Origin: Paramoeba atlantica
Lineage: Eukaryota > Protista > Discosea
Direction: 5' to 3'
NCBI GenBank assembly: GCA_977017575.1
Contig: CDRNVI010000016.1
Coordinates: 456,165-520,164, forward strand
DNA: 64,000 bases
Shown here: piece after piece, positions 1 to 10,937 of the stretch
Layout: each line of letters opens with the position of its first letter
Numbering within the stretch: position 1 is the stretch's first letter
Position numbers and translations under genes: made by a program
Notes under the pieces: model-generated
What the model was told of the DNA's origin: nothing
The model's input: the letters and a program-made list of their open reading frames with translations, nothing else
Databases searched by the model: none

Positions 1-222
1 TTTGCTGTGTGTCCTGAAGTGCACCATGAGATTCTTCTCCATAGAGCAAGGAAACAGCATGAGCATTGCAAGGCACGAGAACTACAACAACAAGAGTGTG
101 AACGCGAGAAGATGCGAAAAATTGTGCGTATTGCATTTGGTTCACTATCTCCTTATCCAACGTTTGCCCATTTTCTTGCCCAACAGAAATGTCCTGGTGT
201 AGCTGGAACGTCAACCAAATAA
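1..222 (+). CDS. 3' end of a gene truncated by the window start (charged, coiled-coil-like tail)
   Basis: Frame 1 is open from base 1 to TAA 220-222 (…RARKQHEHCKARELQQQECEREKMRK…) and lies on the same strand as all other genes. Confidence 0.5.
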   Translation, partial: FAVCPEVHHEILLHRARKQHEHCKARELQQQECEREKMRKIVRIAFGSLSPYPTFAHFLAQQKCPGVAGTSTK

Positions 223-500
223 TAACGTTAAGAAATGCTTGTCTCGGTGTCCCTTTGTTCATAGAGACGTTCGTGGTACAAGTAGTATAAGGCTCCTGCT
301 ACAAGTAGTACAAGGTTCGTAGTACAAGTTCGTAGTGCTGATATGAATGTATTACGTGGATGTGGCGGTACAGTATTTCTGTGACGTAGAGTATTGCCTA
401 AGTAGTGGAGTTTTCAAGAGCCTTTTTTATTTGGGGTAGAGAAAGAGAATACATAGAAAAATAGGCAAATAAACAATTAGACTCTTTTATTCATGCGTAG

Positions 501-2672
501 ATGAAGGTCATTTATCCAGGTGCGCATCATTCGGATTCAAATTTGTCCTTGTGGACTGAATCTCAAGTTCTTCTGTCGCAAAGCGTGCTGAATTGGTTGA
601 CGCCGACGTTGGGCATCACTGCTTTAGATTGTTGTAAGCCAGAATTTTCTGAGTTTAGTAGAGATACGAATGATGATACACATATTGATGTGTCGCAAGC
701 AGAGACATCATCTTCCTGTTTTTTGGGTAGTAGTAGGTCAACAAGCTTCTTGCTGTCACGCAAAAAATATCACCTGGACGCAGTATTATCCAAAAGTTGT
801 GGAATAATTCACTCACGAACTCCTTTTTGTCTTGTGAACTGGTGTGTTAGTCCGTGCTGTCTTTTCGATAAAGGCTTTCCGATAGTTCTCATTAATATGC
901 TAAAACCAAATGGTATGGCATTGTGTGCACTTGAATTCGATAAAGAATTTCAATTAACCACTCTTTGGAACCTTAACTCGAACGATGACGTCAATTTCGG
1001 AGCAACGCGTCATTCATTCCGTACAACTTTTGCTCGCCAGACCTGTTTCACGGGGTCCTGGGAAATGCAACATGGAAGTTCACAAAGGAAATGTTGGAGT
1101 ATTTATTTGCTTACAACAACTTGGAATCAAATACAGACTTACTTAGTTAATCAACATCCTGAAGTTGGTGTATTGTCTTTTACCTTGCAGTATCATCGAT
1201 GCTTTGAACTCTGGTTAACGTCTCCGCCCACGACTCTTTTCGAAACCATAGAAAATACAACCGAGCTTTCAAAAATCTGTCTGATAGGATGCACTGATGG
1301 TTCGTTATGGCAATATGTTCTTCCTATTAAGCGTAAAGAAAGGCCTCGAATTAAAAGAATTTTGTTACCCGACCCATCATTTCACCTCCCATTAAACAAA
1401 GATGAAATTTGTTATTCAAAATATGTTACTGCTGAGCTTGATATACAGGAAATATGGATGAGCGATTTCAATCCTCCTCGAAGCCTTCCGTTGTTTACTT
1501 ATTGTGTCCGTCACTATGACCAGCAACGCCTGAAAGTTGTGAGTTGGACAGTAGTTGTATATTCCAGTGTTCTCGTCTGGACAAAAGATACAAAGAAACG
1601 TTTAACGCCCCGACGAAGTGTATCGAATGACTACAAACAAGCAAGAAAGTGTGTGGCACAACCACTTTGCAAAACTTTCGCTGCCGAATGCGTCCGTGCA
1701 GCTGGTCTCACAGACTTCGGCCATTCTGTGACTATTATGACGGCCACCCGTATATTACGGTTTGAGCCGCCTCGCAAGCAGTGTTGTGCAACTCAAAGTA
1801 CGTTGCGATCTACAGAATACGTTCTAGTGAATCCAACTCTTCTCCACGAAGGAAATATGTATCCTAAGAAAGGACTTCCAACATTGTCGGGTCTGGAGGA
1901 AAACAAAAATATTTATGAATTCTACGAAAATTCTCATTCACTATCCGGAGAATTGGGTACGGCAAATAGCACAGAGCCCTCTGCTACGAATGATCATGAT
2001 GGGTCAATTAATTTGAAATCGACGTGGATTTCATCCTCATTTCCGCATTCCATTTCGGTTTCCCCGACATTCAGCCGCGTCGCGCTTTACTTTTATGCAT
2101 CAAAAACAAATGCAGACAAGGTATTTAGTTCTGATCATTTATGGACGGCAGAAGCCAATGCCGCAACTTCTAGTTCCTTCACTTCATCCCTATCGCAGCA
2201 GTGGAGGCACTGTGAAGCTGCTGACATGAAACTTGCATCAACAGTAATATATTATTTGCATTCAGATTTGCATTTACGCGTAGATAGGAAGTATATGTGC
2301 GACCTAGTTCAGTCATTTTCATCTACGCCGTGGCTCAGGGAAGATCTTGTAAGATGGGCCTACGGCGTTGGTATAACTCTAGAAAGTCTAGGATTGCGCA
2401 CAGCACATGAGCAGCCGTGCATTTCACAAGCGCAGTGCTGCATATTTTGCGGTTCTATCGCGAAACCAATATTCGAAGATGCCTCCTTGCGTTACCTATT
2501 CAGGTGCGAAAGGTTTCATGATTTTGCGGTGTGTGCTTTTACAGGGAAATTGCTTAGCCCCAGTCATGAAACCATCTATTGTGAGTTTTGCAGGACAAGT
2601 GTACAGATAAGCCAATGTGTTGGATTCTTGGCAAGTATTTGCATTCGGTGCCAACGTCCTCGACTATGTTAG
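501..2672 (+). CDS. 723-aa protein with a C-terminal multi-Cys zinc-binding region resembling the zf-TFIIIC domain (GTF3C4/tau60-like)
   Basis: C-terminal CIFC…RCERFHDFAVCAFTG…CEFC…CIRC pattern; AG immediately before ATG 501. Family call by eye only. Confidence 0.4.
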   Translation: MKVIYPGAHHSDSNLSLWTESQVLLSQSVLNWLTPTLGITALDCCKPEFSEFSRDTNDDTHIDVSQAETSSSCFLGSSRSTSFLLSRKKYHLDAVLSKSCGIIHSRTPFCLVNWCVSPCCLFDKGFPIVLINMLKPNGMALCALEFDKEFQLTTLWNLNSNDDVNFGATRHSFRTTFARQTCFTGSWEMQHGSSQRKCWSIYLLTTTWNQIQTYLVNQHPEVGVLSFTLQYHRCFELWLTSPPTTLFETIENTTELSKICLIGCTDGSLWQYVLPIKRKERPRIKRILLPDPSFHLPLNKDEICYSKYVTAELDIQEIWMSDFNPPRSLPLFTYCVRHYDQQRLKVVSWTVVVYSSVLVWTKDTKKRLTPRRSVSNDYKQARKCVAQPLCKTFAAECVRAAGLTDFGHSVTIMTATRILRFEPPRKQCCATQSTLRSTEYVLVNPTLLHEGNMYPKKGLPTLSGLEENKNIYEFYENSHSLSGELGTANSTEPSATNDHDGSINLKSTWISSSFPHSISVSPTFSRVALYFYASKTNADKVFSSDHLWTAEANAATSSSFTSSLSQQWRHCEAADMKLASTVIYYLHSDLHLRVDRKYMCDLVQSFSSTPWLREDLVRWAYGVGITLESLGLRTAHEQPCISQAQCCIFCGSIAKPIFEDASLRYLFRCERFHDFAVCAFTGKLLSPSHETIYCEFCRTSVQISQCVGFLASICIRCQRPRLC

Positions 2673-3538
2673 TTCGATTACCTATTTTACATTTCTAATG
2701 CTCCCAGAATGCTTTCATTGCTCGTCTTAACCTCGAATATGCTAAAAAAGCGCTTTTTCTCCGTTTTTGTTTCCATCGCTGTCCTTTCCACAGCAGTGAT
2801 CCCCAGTCACAGCGATCCCCAAATGATGCCCCTGTGTTCCTTAACAACCTATGTTCCTTTAAGGCGCTTAGGCGTTGATTTGGTGCAATTTAACACACTA
2901 CGCTTATGACTTCCTCTTTTTTGCGGCCCAAAAGAAGAGGCAAGCCTATGAATGGAGACTTTTCTTTTCTGACCTCTCGGAGGGGGTGGTGAGGGAATCT
3001 TTACGTGAAATGGGTGGATTCTTGTTCGCTTTTTACCCGTAAAAGTTGATGGAAGGGGAAGAGGGGAAGATTAAATCAGTAGAAGGTCGCATTTTTATAT
3101 TATTTTTATAACATGCTTCTTTTCTTCTTCGGGCTCGTGCTAGACCGCTTAACTATGATGTTATGAGAGACGAAATTGAACAATAGCACTTTGTTAGTAA
3201 AGTAGCACTTTGTTTTTCGGTGTTTGTATGAGAAAAGACATTAAAGAACCGTATTTTTTGAACCTTCGGCTCAATAGGCCCCTATTAGGGGGTCTCTGCG
3301 AAAAAGAAGGGGCAAAGCTCCGCGCTACGAAAATGAGATCTATCAAATGTGCATATCTAATGTACCAAAAATGAGCTAAAACGGACAAGAAATCACATTT
3401 TTCTAGGGGGTCCTAGAACTTATGGGGGTTCTACGGTCGTCACTGTATTATTATCCATTTTACGTATGATAGATGAAACCCCTATTTTGCATTCGCTAAT
3501 GTCCTAAAAACATCACAATCATTCATCACAAATCATTC

Positions 3539-5395
3539 ATGATGAGTCTGAGATATAGTAAAGTGTTAACGCTATTAGCTTTCCACTTATTGAGCCAGCA
3601 ATGCGCTACTACATTATCGAAATCTTCTGAAGTATTCAAAAAAGAGCGTCTGGACCAGCAAAGCTTTGGAGGGTTACGTCGCAGTTCACCCTCTGGACCA
3701 AATACCTTATTACATTGGGCGTACAATTTTCCGCTCCAAATGACTAAGTCATTTCAATTGTGGGATCCGGCTGAGAACGTGTACTGGGATCCGGATGAAT
3801 CGGAATGGTGGTATCCATTGAGGCAATGTTTCTACTACGTAGTATCTTTGTTTCCAGATCTAATACTTCACATTGTTTCTTCCGTAACGGAGTCCGAAAC
3901 GGAGGTAAGCGACCCTCATTGCGAAGGTGATCCTGCATACAATCAAGGAAATTCGTCTACGCTCAACGCACACACTTTCCACACATGTGACAAGACGAAT
4001 GCGCAAACCAGAAATGGTCTTGCGTGTACGCACAAATTGGAAAAGAAGCGAATCCGTCCTCTAAATCGCGCTGACTATTTGGGTGGAAATTTATCCTCCG
4101 ACGTACCAAGTTCTAATCTACTTCCGGAACAACTTGCTTCCTTACAGGACTTCACTGTACCGAAAGAATTCATTACATTTACGCCGATGCAGAAACGTCT
4201 ACTTCGATCCAGGACACAAACTGAGTTTGAAGTAGAGTCGAAGTCATCATTCTTACCCTCGCGGATATTTTGGTACAAAAGATGGAATATCTGTCGCCTC
4301 CGCCCCATGATTATGAAGATTAAGGTGGGCGGGTATGTGGGTGGAACGGCAGAGAATTTGACTATAGTGCGCGACGAGTCAAACTTTCAAACACGGCCCG
4401 GGAGTGGAATATATATTAACAATCCTTTTCATGACGACGGCAACGAGAAAGGGATGCAAATTTGGTTGCAGAACAGCAACCTACCGGCTTCCAAGGCAAC
4501 CCAAGATTGGCCCTTACGACTAGTGATAGGCGGGATTCGACTTTATATTCACAATGCTTTGAAGGTAGCCTTCCAGCAGGACACAGGATGTGATGCACTG
4601 GAATTACCTGACCTCTCCAATCGTATTTTCTTCGACATAAGCGGTTCGATATTATTAGACGATCGTGAAATCGAATTGCGGGAGCATACATCACTACGCC
4701 AGTCACTTCAAGTGTTCTTTGAAGCGGCAGAGCAGCGTACTGGTTTGTATCACAAGCTATACGATCAACTGTGCGTCGCCTTAATGGACTCGGATAAGAA
4801 GCTGGGGGGATATTATTCTCACGCAGCCCCCATTCTTAACATAATAGACTCACTAGAGCGGACGAATCAAGCTGAACTAGCACTTCTGGAGTCTCTTATT
4901 TGCACTGTACATCTAACTACAGAAGATTTCGCCATTATGCCCTACCCAGAGGATGAAGAAACGCAATCAACGCACGCGGACGCCCACTCCAATCGGTACT
5001 ATACGGTTTTCTGTCCGTGTGATTCTTCTCATTCACGTGCCGTGTTCGGAAACGAGTGCATCATAATGGCCGCCATTGATAATGTTCCTCGCATTATTTT
5101 TGTGGAGACAGGAGAAACAATGGATTCTACGGCTGCTTCGCCTTTGCGTTTACCCATTAAAGGAGATTTGTTGCGGGTTTCGTACTACACCCGCGCACCT
5201 TGCACTGAGACGACCCATAAGTTGTCTTTTCACAATTCAGCGAAGTCAGGGGACCCAGGGAAACCGATCCACAAGCTGCGTCCTGTCCCCAACAAGGGAG
5301 ACTTATTGCAGTGTGTCTGCAGCGTACACGAACAATCTTACTATTCCGAGTTACAGCGTCTGCTTGGTACAAGGTATTGTCCTGTTGCGGTATAG
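3539..5395 (+). CDS. 618-aa hypothetical protein with probable N-terminal signal peptide
   Basis: Long + strand ORF; hydrophobic N-terminus VLTLLAFHLLSQQCA; no recognisable domain. Confidence 0.75.
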   Translation: MMSLRYSKVLTLLAFHLLSQQCATTLSKSSEVFKKERLDQQSFGGLRRSSPSGPNTLLHWAYNFPLQMTKSFQLWDPAENVYWDPDESEWWYPLRQCFYYVVSLFPDLILHIVSSVTESETEVSDPHCEGDPAYNQGNSSTLNAHTFHTCDKTNAQTRNGLACTHKLEKKRIRPLNRADYLGGNLSSDVPSSNLLPEQLASLQDFTVPKEFITFTPMQKRLLRSRTQTEFEVESKSSFLPSRIFWYKRWNICRLRPMIMKIKVGGYVGGTAENLTIVRDESNFQTRPGSGIYINNPFHDDGNEKGMQIWLQNSNLPASKATQDWPLRLVIGGIRLYIHNALKVAFQQDTGCDALELPDLSNRIFFDISGSILLDDREIELREHTSLRQSLQVFFEAAEQRTGLYHKLYDQLCVALMDSDKKLGGYYSHAAPILNIIDSLERTNQAELALLESLICTVHLTTEDFAIMPYPEDEETQSTHADAHSNRYYTVFCPCDSSHSRAVFGNECIIMAAIDNVPRIIFVETGETMDSTAASPLRLPIKGDLLRVSYYTRAPCTETTHKLSFHNSAKSGDPGKPIHKLRPVPNKGDLLQCVCSVHEQSYYSELQRLLGTRYCPVAV

Positions 5396-5539
5396 CTGTA
5401 CGGAAGTCTTAGTGCATAGTTGATGGCACTACAGCCTTTGTACCGGAGGAAGACGCAAGCTACGGTAAGTTTATTTTCCCTGTGTGACAGTATTTCCTGT
5501 TATAGATTTCCCGAAGGCAATGAAAAAGTAACGTTTGAA

Positions 5540-5934
5540 AGGTTACTCCGCTTCATTATATTGGTTCTTCGTACCAATGGGAGATTACAGAGGGGGGTCA
5601 GTTCGATCTGGGAGGGGTCTAAAAATTTTAATACTTGGCCATTTTTCGAAAATAATAGCGCATTCGGGGGAGGAAGACCTTTTCGTCCTCCCTTTCAGAG
5701 GGAGGAAGACCTTTTCGTTTGAAAGGGCGTATTTTTTTTTGAATTTTAAGGGTGAAAATGTAGTAATCAGGCTTTCAAATGTATGTATTTTGTATTTTTT
5801 GTTCCGTTTCTTAACGCGCAAACTCTTTGTGTTGAGATCTATAAACTGCTACAAAAATTAGCTCAAGCAAGCGAAGCATTGAGATTTTGGAGGGGGTGCC
5901 TTATTTCGGTCAGGGGTTTATATCGTTTCCCGTA
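5540..5934. repeat. Relic of a non-autonomous element family
   Basis: Ends in GGGGGTTTATATCGTTTCCCG-TA (reverse complement contains TATAAACCCCC). Internal GAGATCTA and AAAATTAGCTCAA motifs resemble those at 3330-3390 and 60450-61230. Tandem GGGAGGAAGACCTTT(T)CGT at about 5669 and 5700. Confidence 0.4.
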
Positions 5935-5937
5935 TAA

Positions 5938-6948
5938 TTAGCAGTATATTAGCAGTATGGTAAGAGGGCCAAAAACGTCAATTGCATATCTTTTAATAAA
6001 TTTCACTTTTTTGGCATAAAATTGAGCAGACGAACCTAGTACACAGTGCCCCCCATCCTTCTCTATAACAATCCTCATTCTGTTTGGCACACTTTTTAAT
6101 ATGCGTTCAACGAAACCAACTTCACTAAGCAGCCCACTGTACGAAGCTGTGATGGATTCTTTCAATAAATCACGGTTCAATGGATTTTTCCTGCACTTTA
6201 TGACATCCACCATTGACCATAAATTTTCGATAGGAGTCATGTCTGGAGATTTGGGTGGACAATCCAGCATTCTGACCCTGTTATCCTTGAAATGAGTACG
6301 TGCTTTGTTGTGTACAGTTGAGTTGTCCATTACAGCAGCAGCTAGACGATGGCGGTTAACAAATGAAAGAATTCCCCCCCCCTCTTTGTCAAAGCCTTCT
6401 TAAAATCTTCCCCCTTCACAGATGAATCTCCATCGATGTGGATGAACCACCCATACCTAAGACTAACCCCCATCCATACCATAATACCCTTTCCCCCACC
6501 CAACGATCCATTCCAGGGGTCGCAGAATATTTCTCGACGTCGCCTTCGCGGCCAGTGAAAGTTTGACTCCCGCGGCAACTGCACCGAAAAAGCTTCTGAT
6601 CACACCAAATGATGTGCGAGAGTTCTTGTTCGGTCCAAGTTACCATCTCTTGGGCGAAGTATAAACGTTTAAGTTTATGCCTCTCCGTTAGATAGGGCTT
6701 CTTACTGAACCTTTGAACTCCAACACCGTGTTTCCTAAGTAAACGCCAAAATTGAGAGTTTGTTTGGAACACTGGATCCCAGCCTTGTGAAGATCACTCA
6801 GGATGAAATTCCAGGATGGACATGGGCTATTCCTGCTAAGATGCACATAAACTTGTAGAGCTGTTTCCAGCAAATTCGACAGTGCTTTCTTGCACATAAA
6901 ATTTTCGAGCTGCTTCAGAAAATGACCCTGTTTTCTCGAAATCTTCAA
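5938..6948 (-). pseudogene. Decayed Tc1/mariner transposase with at least three frameshifts
   Basis: Segments in different frames: …GIQCSKQTL / WRLLRKHG…KKPYLTERHKLKRLYFA…IIWCDQK / GGGKGIMVWMG / …AVMDNSTVH…CPPKSPDMTPIENLW. Shifts near 6750, near 6570 and at the C9 run 6374-6382. Confidence 0.85.
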
Positions 6949-7651
6949 CTAACAGCATTCTGTGTGTCAGTTTTGTTTTTTTTAGGGGTGAGAAATGGGT
7001 CCCAGAGAATTTCCCTCAAGAAGAACGCGGATGAACCCTTTTTCCCAATTCCCAGATTCAGGCGGCGGTACACGTCGAGGTACCGTCGCGGTATTAGGGG
7101 GTAGGCTTCCGGTGGGCCTAGGGGGGTGCACACCAATTCCTATTCTCTTTTGAAGAACACAATAATCCAAGAATAATTATTTTTTTGACAATACGCGTTT
7201 TAATTAAGAATGCGGGAAACGATGTACATCTGTATATTCCACCAGAGAGCTATACGAGAGCTCTCGAATGCGCTATTATTTTCTAAAATTGGCCAAGCTA
7301 TACGAATTTTAGACCCCCCAGATGTAGCTCATCGCCCCCTTTATCTCCCGGTCGGACGAATTGTAATCTTCGTAGGTGTCCTGGAAATATTTCAAATAAC
7401 GCTTTATGTAACTTAAAACGCACATAAATATTTTCATACGGAGACTAGGAAACCCCCAAGAACTGAGGTTACGCGCATTCTGCGTTCACTTAACCGTACT
7501 TCTGCGGTATGTGTTGTTATACCGTATTAATGATATTTACGGTAAGGATGCGACGAAATATGATGAGCAACAAAAGGGACATAAAGTCACATGTACGTAG
7601 TGTGTAGCCCCTGTGTAGTCGTATTTTACGTTATTTCAGATTTTCGATACA

Positions 7652-8149
7652 ATGTCACGCCTATGGGACCCATTGCAGGAGTTCGACGAGCTTCGACGAC
7701 TTTTTAGCAACAACTTATGGAGTTTTCCTGGATTAAAGGGTAGCCCAACAAGCGGAATTCCTGGTTTCTACATGGCCTCGACCAGCACGAATTGGGCACC
7801 ACAGGTAGACCTTATTGAGTCCTCCGAGCGTTTTTCACTCTCCGCCGACTTACCCGGCGTGCGTAAAACCGACATGCAGATCAATGCTTCAGAAAATCAA
7901 ATTTGTGTGAGCGGGAAGCGACAATGGAGCGCGATACAAACTGAGGATGAAAAGGATAAAAGTGAGGCAAACTATTTATGCCGGGAAAGAAGACCTGGTG
8001 AGTTTCAACGCTGTTTCATCTTGCCCAGTAAGATCAAAGAAAATGAAGTGGAGGCTCGCCTGCTTGATGGGGTTTTGGAAGTAGTTATGGAGAAACAAGT
8101 ATCTGGAGATTCCTGGAGCTCCGGAATGTCTCCTGTCAAATTACAGTAA
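7652..8149 (+). CDS. HSP20: Small heat-shock protein (alpha-crystallin/HSP20 domain)
   Basis: WAPQVDLIESSERFSLSADLPGV…ERRPGEFQRCFILP…VEARLLDGVLEV motifs. Confidence 0.95.
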   Translation: MSRLWDPLQEFDELRRLFSNNLWSFPGLKGSPTSGIPGFYMASTSTNWAPQVDLIESSERFSLSADLPGVRKTDMQINASENQICVSGKRQWSAIQTEDEKDKSEANYLCRERRPGEFQRCFILPSKIKENEVEARLLDGVLEVVMEKQVSGDSWSSGMSPVKLQ

Positions 8150-8613
8150 AATTGCTCATTTGTCCGTTTTTGATGCATGCCACAAGGATTTTTTCGAGTT
8201 TGCTTTCTTCTTCCGAAGTTTTCCGAGAAGCGGGATTTTTTTCTCCATCATGCACCGCATAGTTATTTGCGGTCGAGATTAACTCAAAAAGGCGGTATGC
8301 GGTACATACACGTATGGAGGTGCCAAACTTTGTCGATTTGTCCAGCATTATTCTACAATTTACATTTCAGAAAATGTTTTTGAATACTTGAGTTATTGCT
8401 ATGTGTCAATCTTCCGTTAAAAATGACGAAGAATCGGTTTCGTGAGAGATTATTAAGTCCACCATGTACATACAATGTGGTACCATCATGCTGCAAATGC
8501 GTTCCTCAAAGTACTTGATTATTCTTTACGCCCTATTGAAAGTCAAAGATTGTTGCTGTATTAAATTGATCATATTGTTATTGTTTTTACTTTAAAAAAC
8601 GTTTTTTTAGAAT

Positions 8614-9096
8614 ATGTTGATGCGACCTTCATGTCTTAAATTGCATCGACACACAGTCGCATCTATACCGGCCTATCATAAAATGTCTCGAATACCCGGC
8701 AAGTGGCATCCACGTGAAGGACCCCCGGGGGACACCCTCGCTCGACGGATTTATTTTTATCACAGAGTGTTAATGGCTCGCATCGGAAACCTTACTGCTG
8801 TAGTAAAAACACCACGAAGTAGATACTTGTTTCGCAAAATGCAAGCACGTCTCTTCAAGTTCACATCCTTAACTCTTGCTCTTTTCTGTGTCTTCACTTT
8901 TGGGTGTCTCTGGATGATTGTTGCGTACAACGCATTCGCGGCCGGTCCCCCTACTGCTATTCTGCAGAAGAAAACTCGGGAGCATCGCGTTTCCAAACAA
9001 ATTATGACAATGGTCAGAGAACGCGAGGCCGACCTTGCACAGAAACAGCACGAAACAGAAGCCCGACAAATTATTGAACAAAGGACAAATCTTTGA
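8614..9096 (+). CDS. Hypothetical single-pass membrane protein, possibly mitochondrial (alternative start ATG 8683)
   Basis: Basic N-terminus, one hydrophobic helix (LTLALFCVFTFGCLWMIVAY), charged helical tail; TTTTTTTAG acceptor-like site at 8602-8610. Confidence 0.7.
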   Translation: MLMRPSCLKLHRHTVASIPAYHKMSRIPGKWHPREGPPGDTLARRIYFYHRVLMARIGNLTAVVKTPRSRYLFRKMQARLFKFTSLTLALFCVFTFGCLWMIVAYNAFAAGPPTAILQKKTREHRVSKQIMTMVREREADLAQKQHETEARQIIEQRTNL

Positions 9097-9364
9097 TAAT
9101 ATTCCTTTTGGTATTACAGTCCCTTTAAAAAAACATTATAATATCAGTACAGTAGTTTCAAGGCTTTTTTCCGTATGTATTTGTGCATTAGAAGGGGTAA
9201 AATTGCGTTATATTTTGTATTTTTGGTATTTTAAATTTTTGTAGCGTATCAAATAGAAAAATGTCTACGTCGCTAGACGCAAACAGTATAAAAACTACTG
9301 GCACCTTTTGCTCTCCCAAAAAATCGACTAATTTGTTGAAAGGTAGAAATTGATTTTCTGGATC

Positions 9365-10651
9365 ATGTTGAAAAACGAGCGATCCTGTGACTTTGATGAG
9401 CTCAAAAAATCTATTAGCTGTCTAAACTGCCGTTTGAATGAAGTGGGGGGAGCTGTTTCGAGTTATACAATCTACTTATCTGACACTGATGTCGGAGATG
9501 TTTCCTGTACAGCAAGTACAAAAGAAATAAGAGAATCAAATAAAGAATCCCCAACAAGTTTGATAGGAATAGAAAGGAAAGGATCTCTCATAGAATATTT
9601 TTCTCAAGAGTTTCCATCCTTCCAACATTACAAGTGCGTACAGCGCCCATTTGGTATCGAAATAGACGGCAATGGAAAACCGCCTGCGGTACGTCTCGCA
9701 GTGTGCTTTCTCAAGGGTCGATACCGCAAGCATGATAGGTCCCTACCACAATCTCCTTGGTTTCTTCCTACCGGTGAACGCGTGGGGAAATTGTCCGTTC
9801 AAGAACATCTAATGAAGGAAATCATTTCCTTGTTTTATAGACACCCCTCACATTATCAAAGTATGATTTCCTCTTCAGACTTACCATCGACCATAGTTGA
9901 AGAATCGCTAGCTTGCGAAACTGTGTATGAGCCACGGCGTTGTCAAACTGAAATATCGTCCTTAAAGTCGGTCGATACTTTCAATTTGAGCGACGCATCA
10001 AAGTTTTCTTCGTCTGGTCGAGAAGATGTTGACGTTCGAATGTTGGGCAACGGGCGACCGTTTCTCCTTCAAATGTTTGGAGTTACATCCATACCGACAA
10101 AGAGCTATTTACGAAATGTAGCACTCCGAATAGGGCCCGAGGTTGAAGCCATAAATCTAGAAATGGCACATCCTTCCGTGTGTAATGAACTTTTGGCTGG
10201 TGAAAAAGAAAAGAAAAAGTCCTATCGAGCCGTCGTATATTTCAAAGACCTACTCAGAAGCGTCGGTATAGAAGAAAATGAACTAGCCGACGTGAAGGCC
10301 GAACTTCCTTGTTGGCACGAGGAACAAGCAACGGTTCCAGAATTTGCGTGTAGAATTCTTCCTGAGAAGGTCAAACTCATGAATCGTATGCGCAATATTG
10401 AGGTAAAACAAAGTACGCCCGTTAGGGTTTTGCATCGGCGTGCACCATTAGTCCGGAGCAAGATTATACACTGCCTACACCTACGTATTTTAAATCCGTG
10501 CTTCGGCTTGCTAGACCTGACGACCTCTCCGGGCACATACGTAAAAGAATTTGTTACCGGAGATCATGGTCGCACAATGCCTTCTCTTGGCGATCTTATG
10601 GGCACTGCGTGCGACATCGTGCAGCTTGATGTTACCGAAGTTCATATGTAG
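9365..10651 (+). CDS. PUS10: tRNA pseudouridine synthase Pus10
   Basis: SGREDVDVRMLGNGRPF catalytic motif, GEKEKKKSY, QSTPVRVLHRR, GTYVKEFVTGDHGRTMPSL. First in-frame ATG is 9365. Confidence 0.95.
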   Translation: MLKNERSCDFDELKKSISCLNCRLNEVGGAVSSYTIYLSDTDVGDVSCTASTKEIRESNKESPTSLIGIERKGSLIEYFSQEFPSFQHYKCVQRPFGIEIDGNGKPPAVRLAVCFLKGRYRKHDRSLPQSPWFLPTGERVGKLSVQEHLMKEIISLFYRHPSHYQSMISSSDLPSTIVEESLACETVYEPRRCQTEISSLKSVDTFNLSDASKFSSSGREDVDVRMLGNGRPFLLQMFGVTSIPTKSYLRNVALRIGPEVEAINLEMAHPSVCNELLAGEKEKKKSYRAVVYFKDLLRSVGIEENELADVKAELPCWHEEQATVPEFACRILPEKVKLMNRMRNIEVKQSTPVRVLHRRAPLVRSKIIHCLHLRILNPCFGLLDLTTSPGTYVKEFVTGDHGRTMPSLGDLMGTACDIVQLDVTEVHM

Positions 10652-10937
10652 AAATTATTTACTACATACAATAATTTACTGCATACAATTTTTCCAACAC
10701 TGTTTAATATACTTTTAATGTACTGTTTAATATAAAAATTGATATAACAGTATTTGTCTTGGTTAGTCAGCCAGTGCGTTTCATAGCGTTTTATGGTCAA
10801 GAATTTGTAAATTTATTATCCGGGACGGCGATCATACGAAGTTGTGCTTTGTTTTCGACCTACTACCAGTATATCACTTATGCTCGCAAACTGGTTTTGA
10901 AGCCCCTTCACTATTCTCCTATTCCAGGGAACGATAC

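Noticed and set aside
268-340. Short degenerate GTAGTACAAG repeats, and similar slippage repeats at 24030-24220, 25710-25750, 39175-39210 and 44855-44930
   Set aside because: Ordinary low-complexity intergenic micro-duplications with no terminal structure.
2709-2909. 66-aa ORF with a hydrophobic stretch
   Set aside because: It starts 37 bp after the previous stop in T/C-rich spacer sequence and has no supporting motif; left uncalled.
5420-5861. ORFs 5420-5722, 5535-5861 and 5585-5821
   Set aside because: They overlap a repeat relic and translate to low-complexity, F/K-rich sequence.
5921-7223. 11-bp inverted repeat ATCGTTTCCCG / CGGGAAACGAT flanking the decayed Tc1 as its TIRs
   Set aside because: The match does not extend outward, and an 11-bp inverted match within about 2 kb is plausible by chance.
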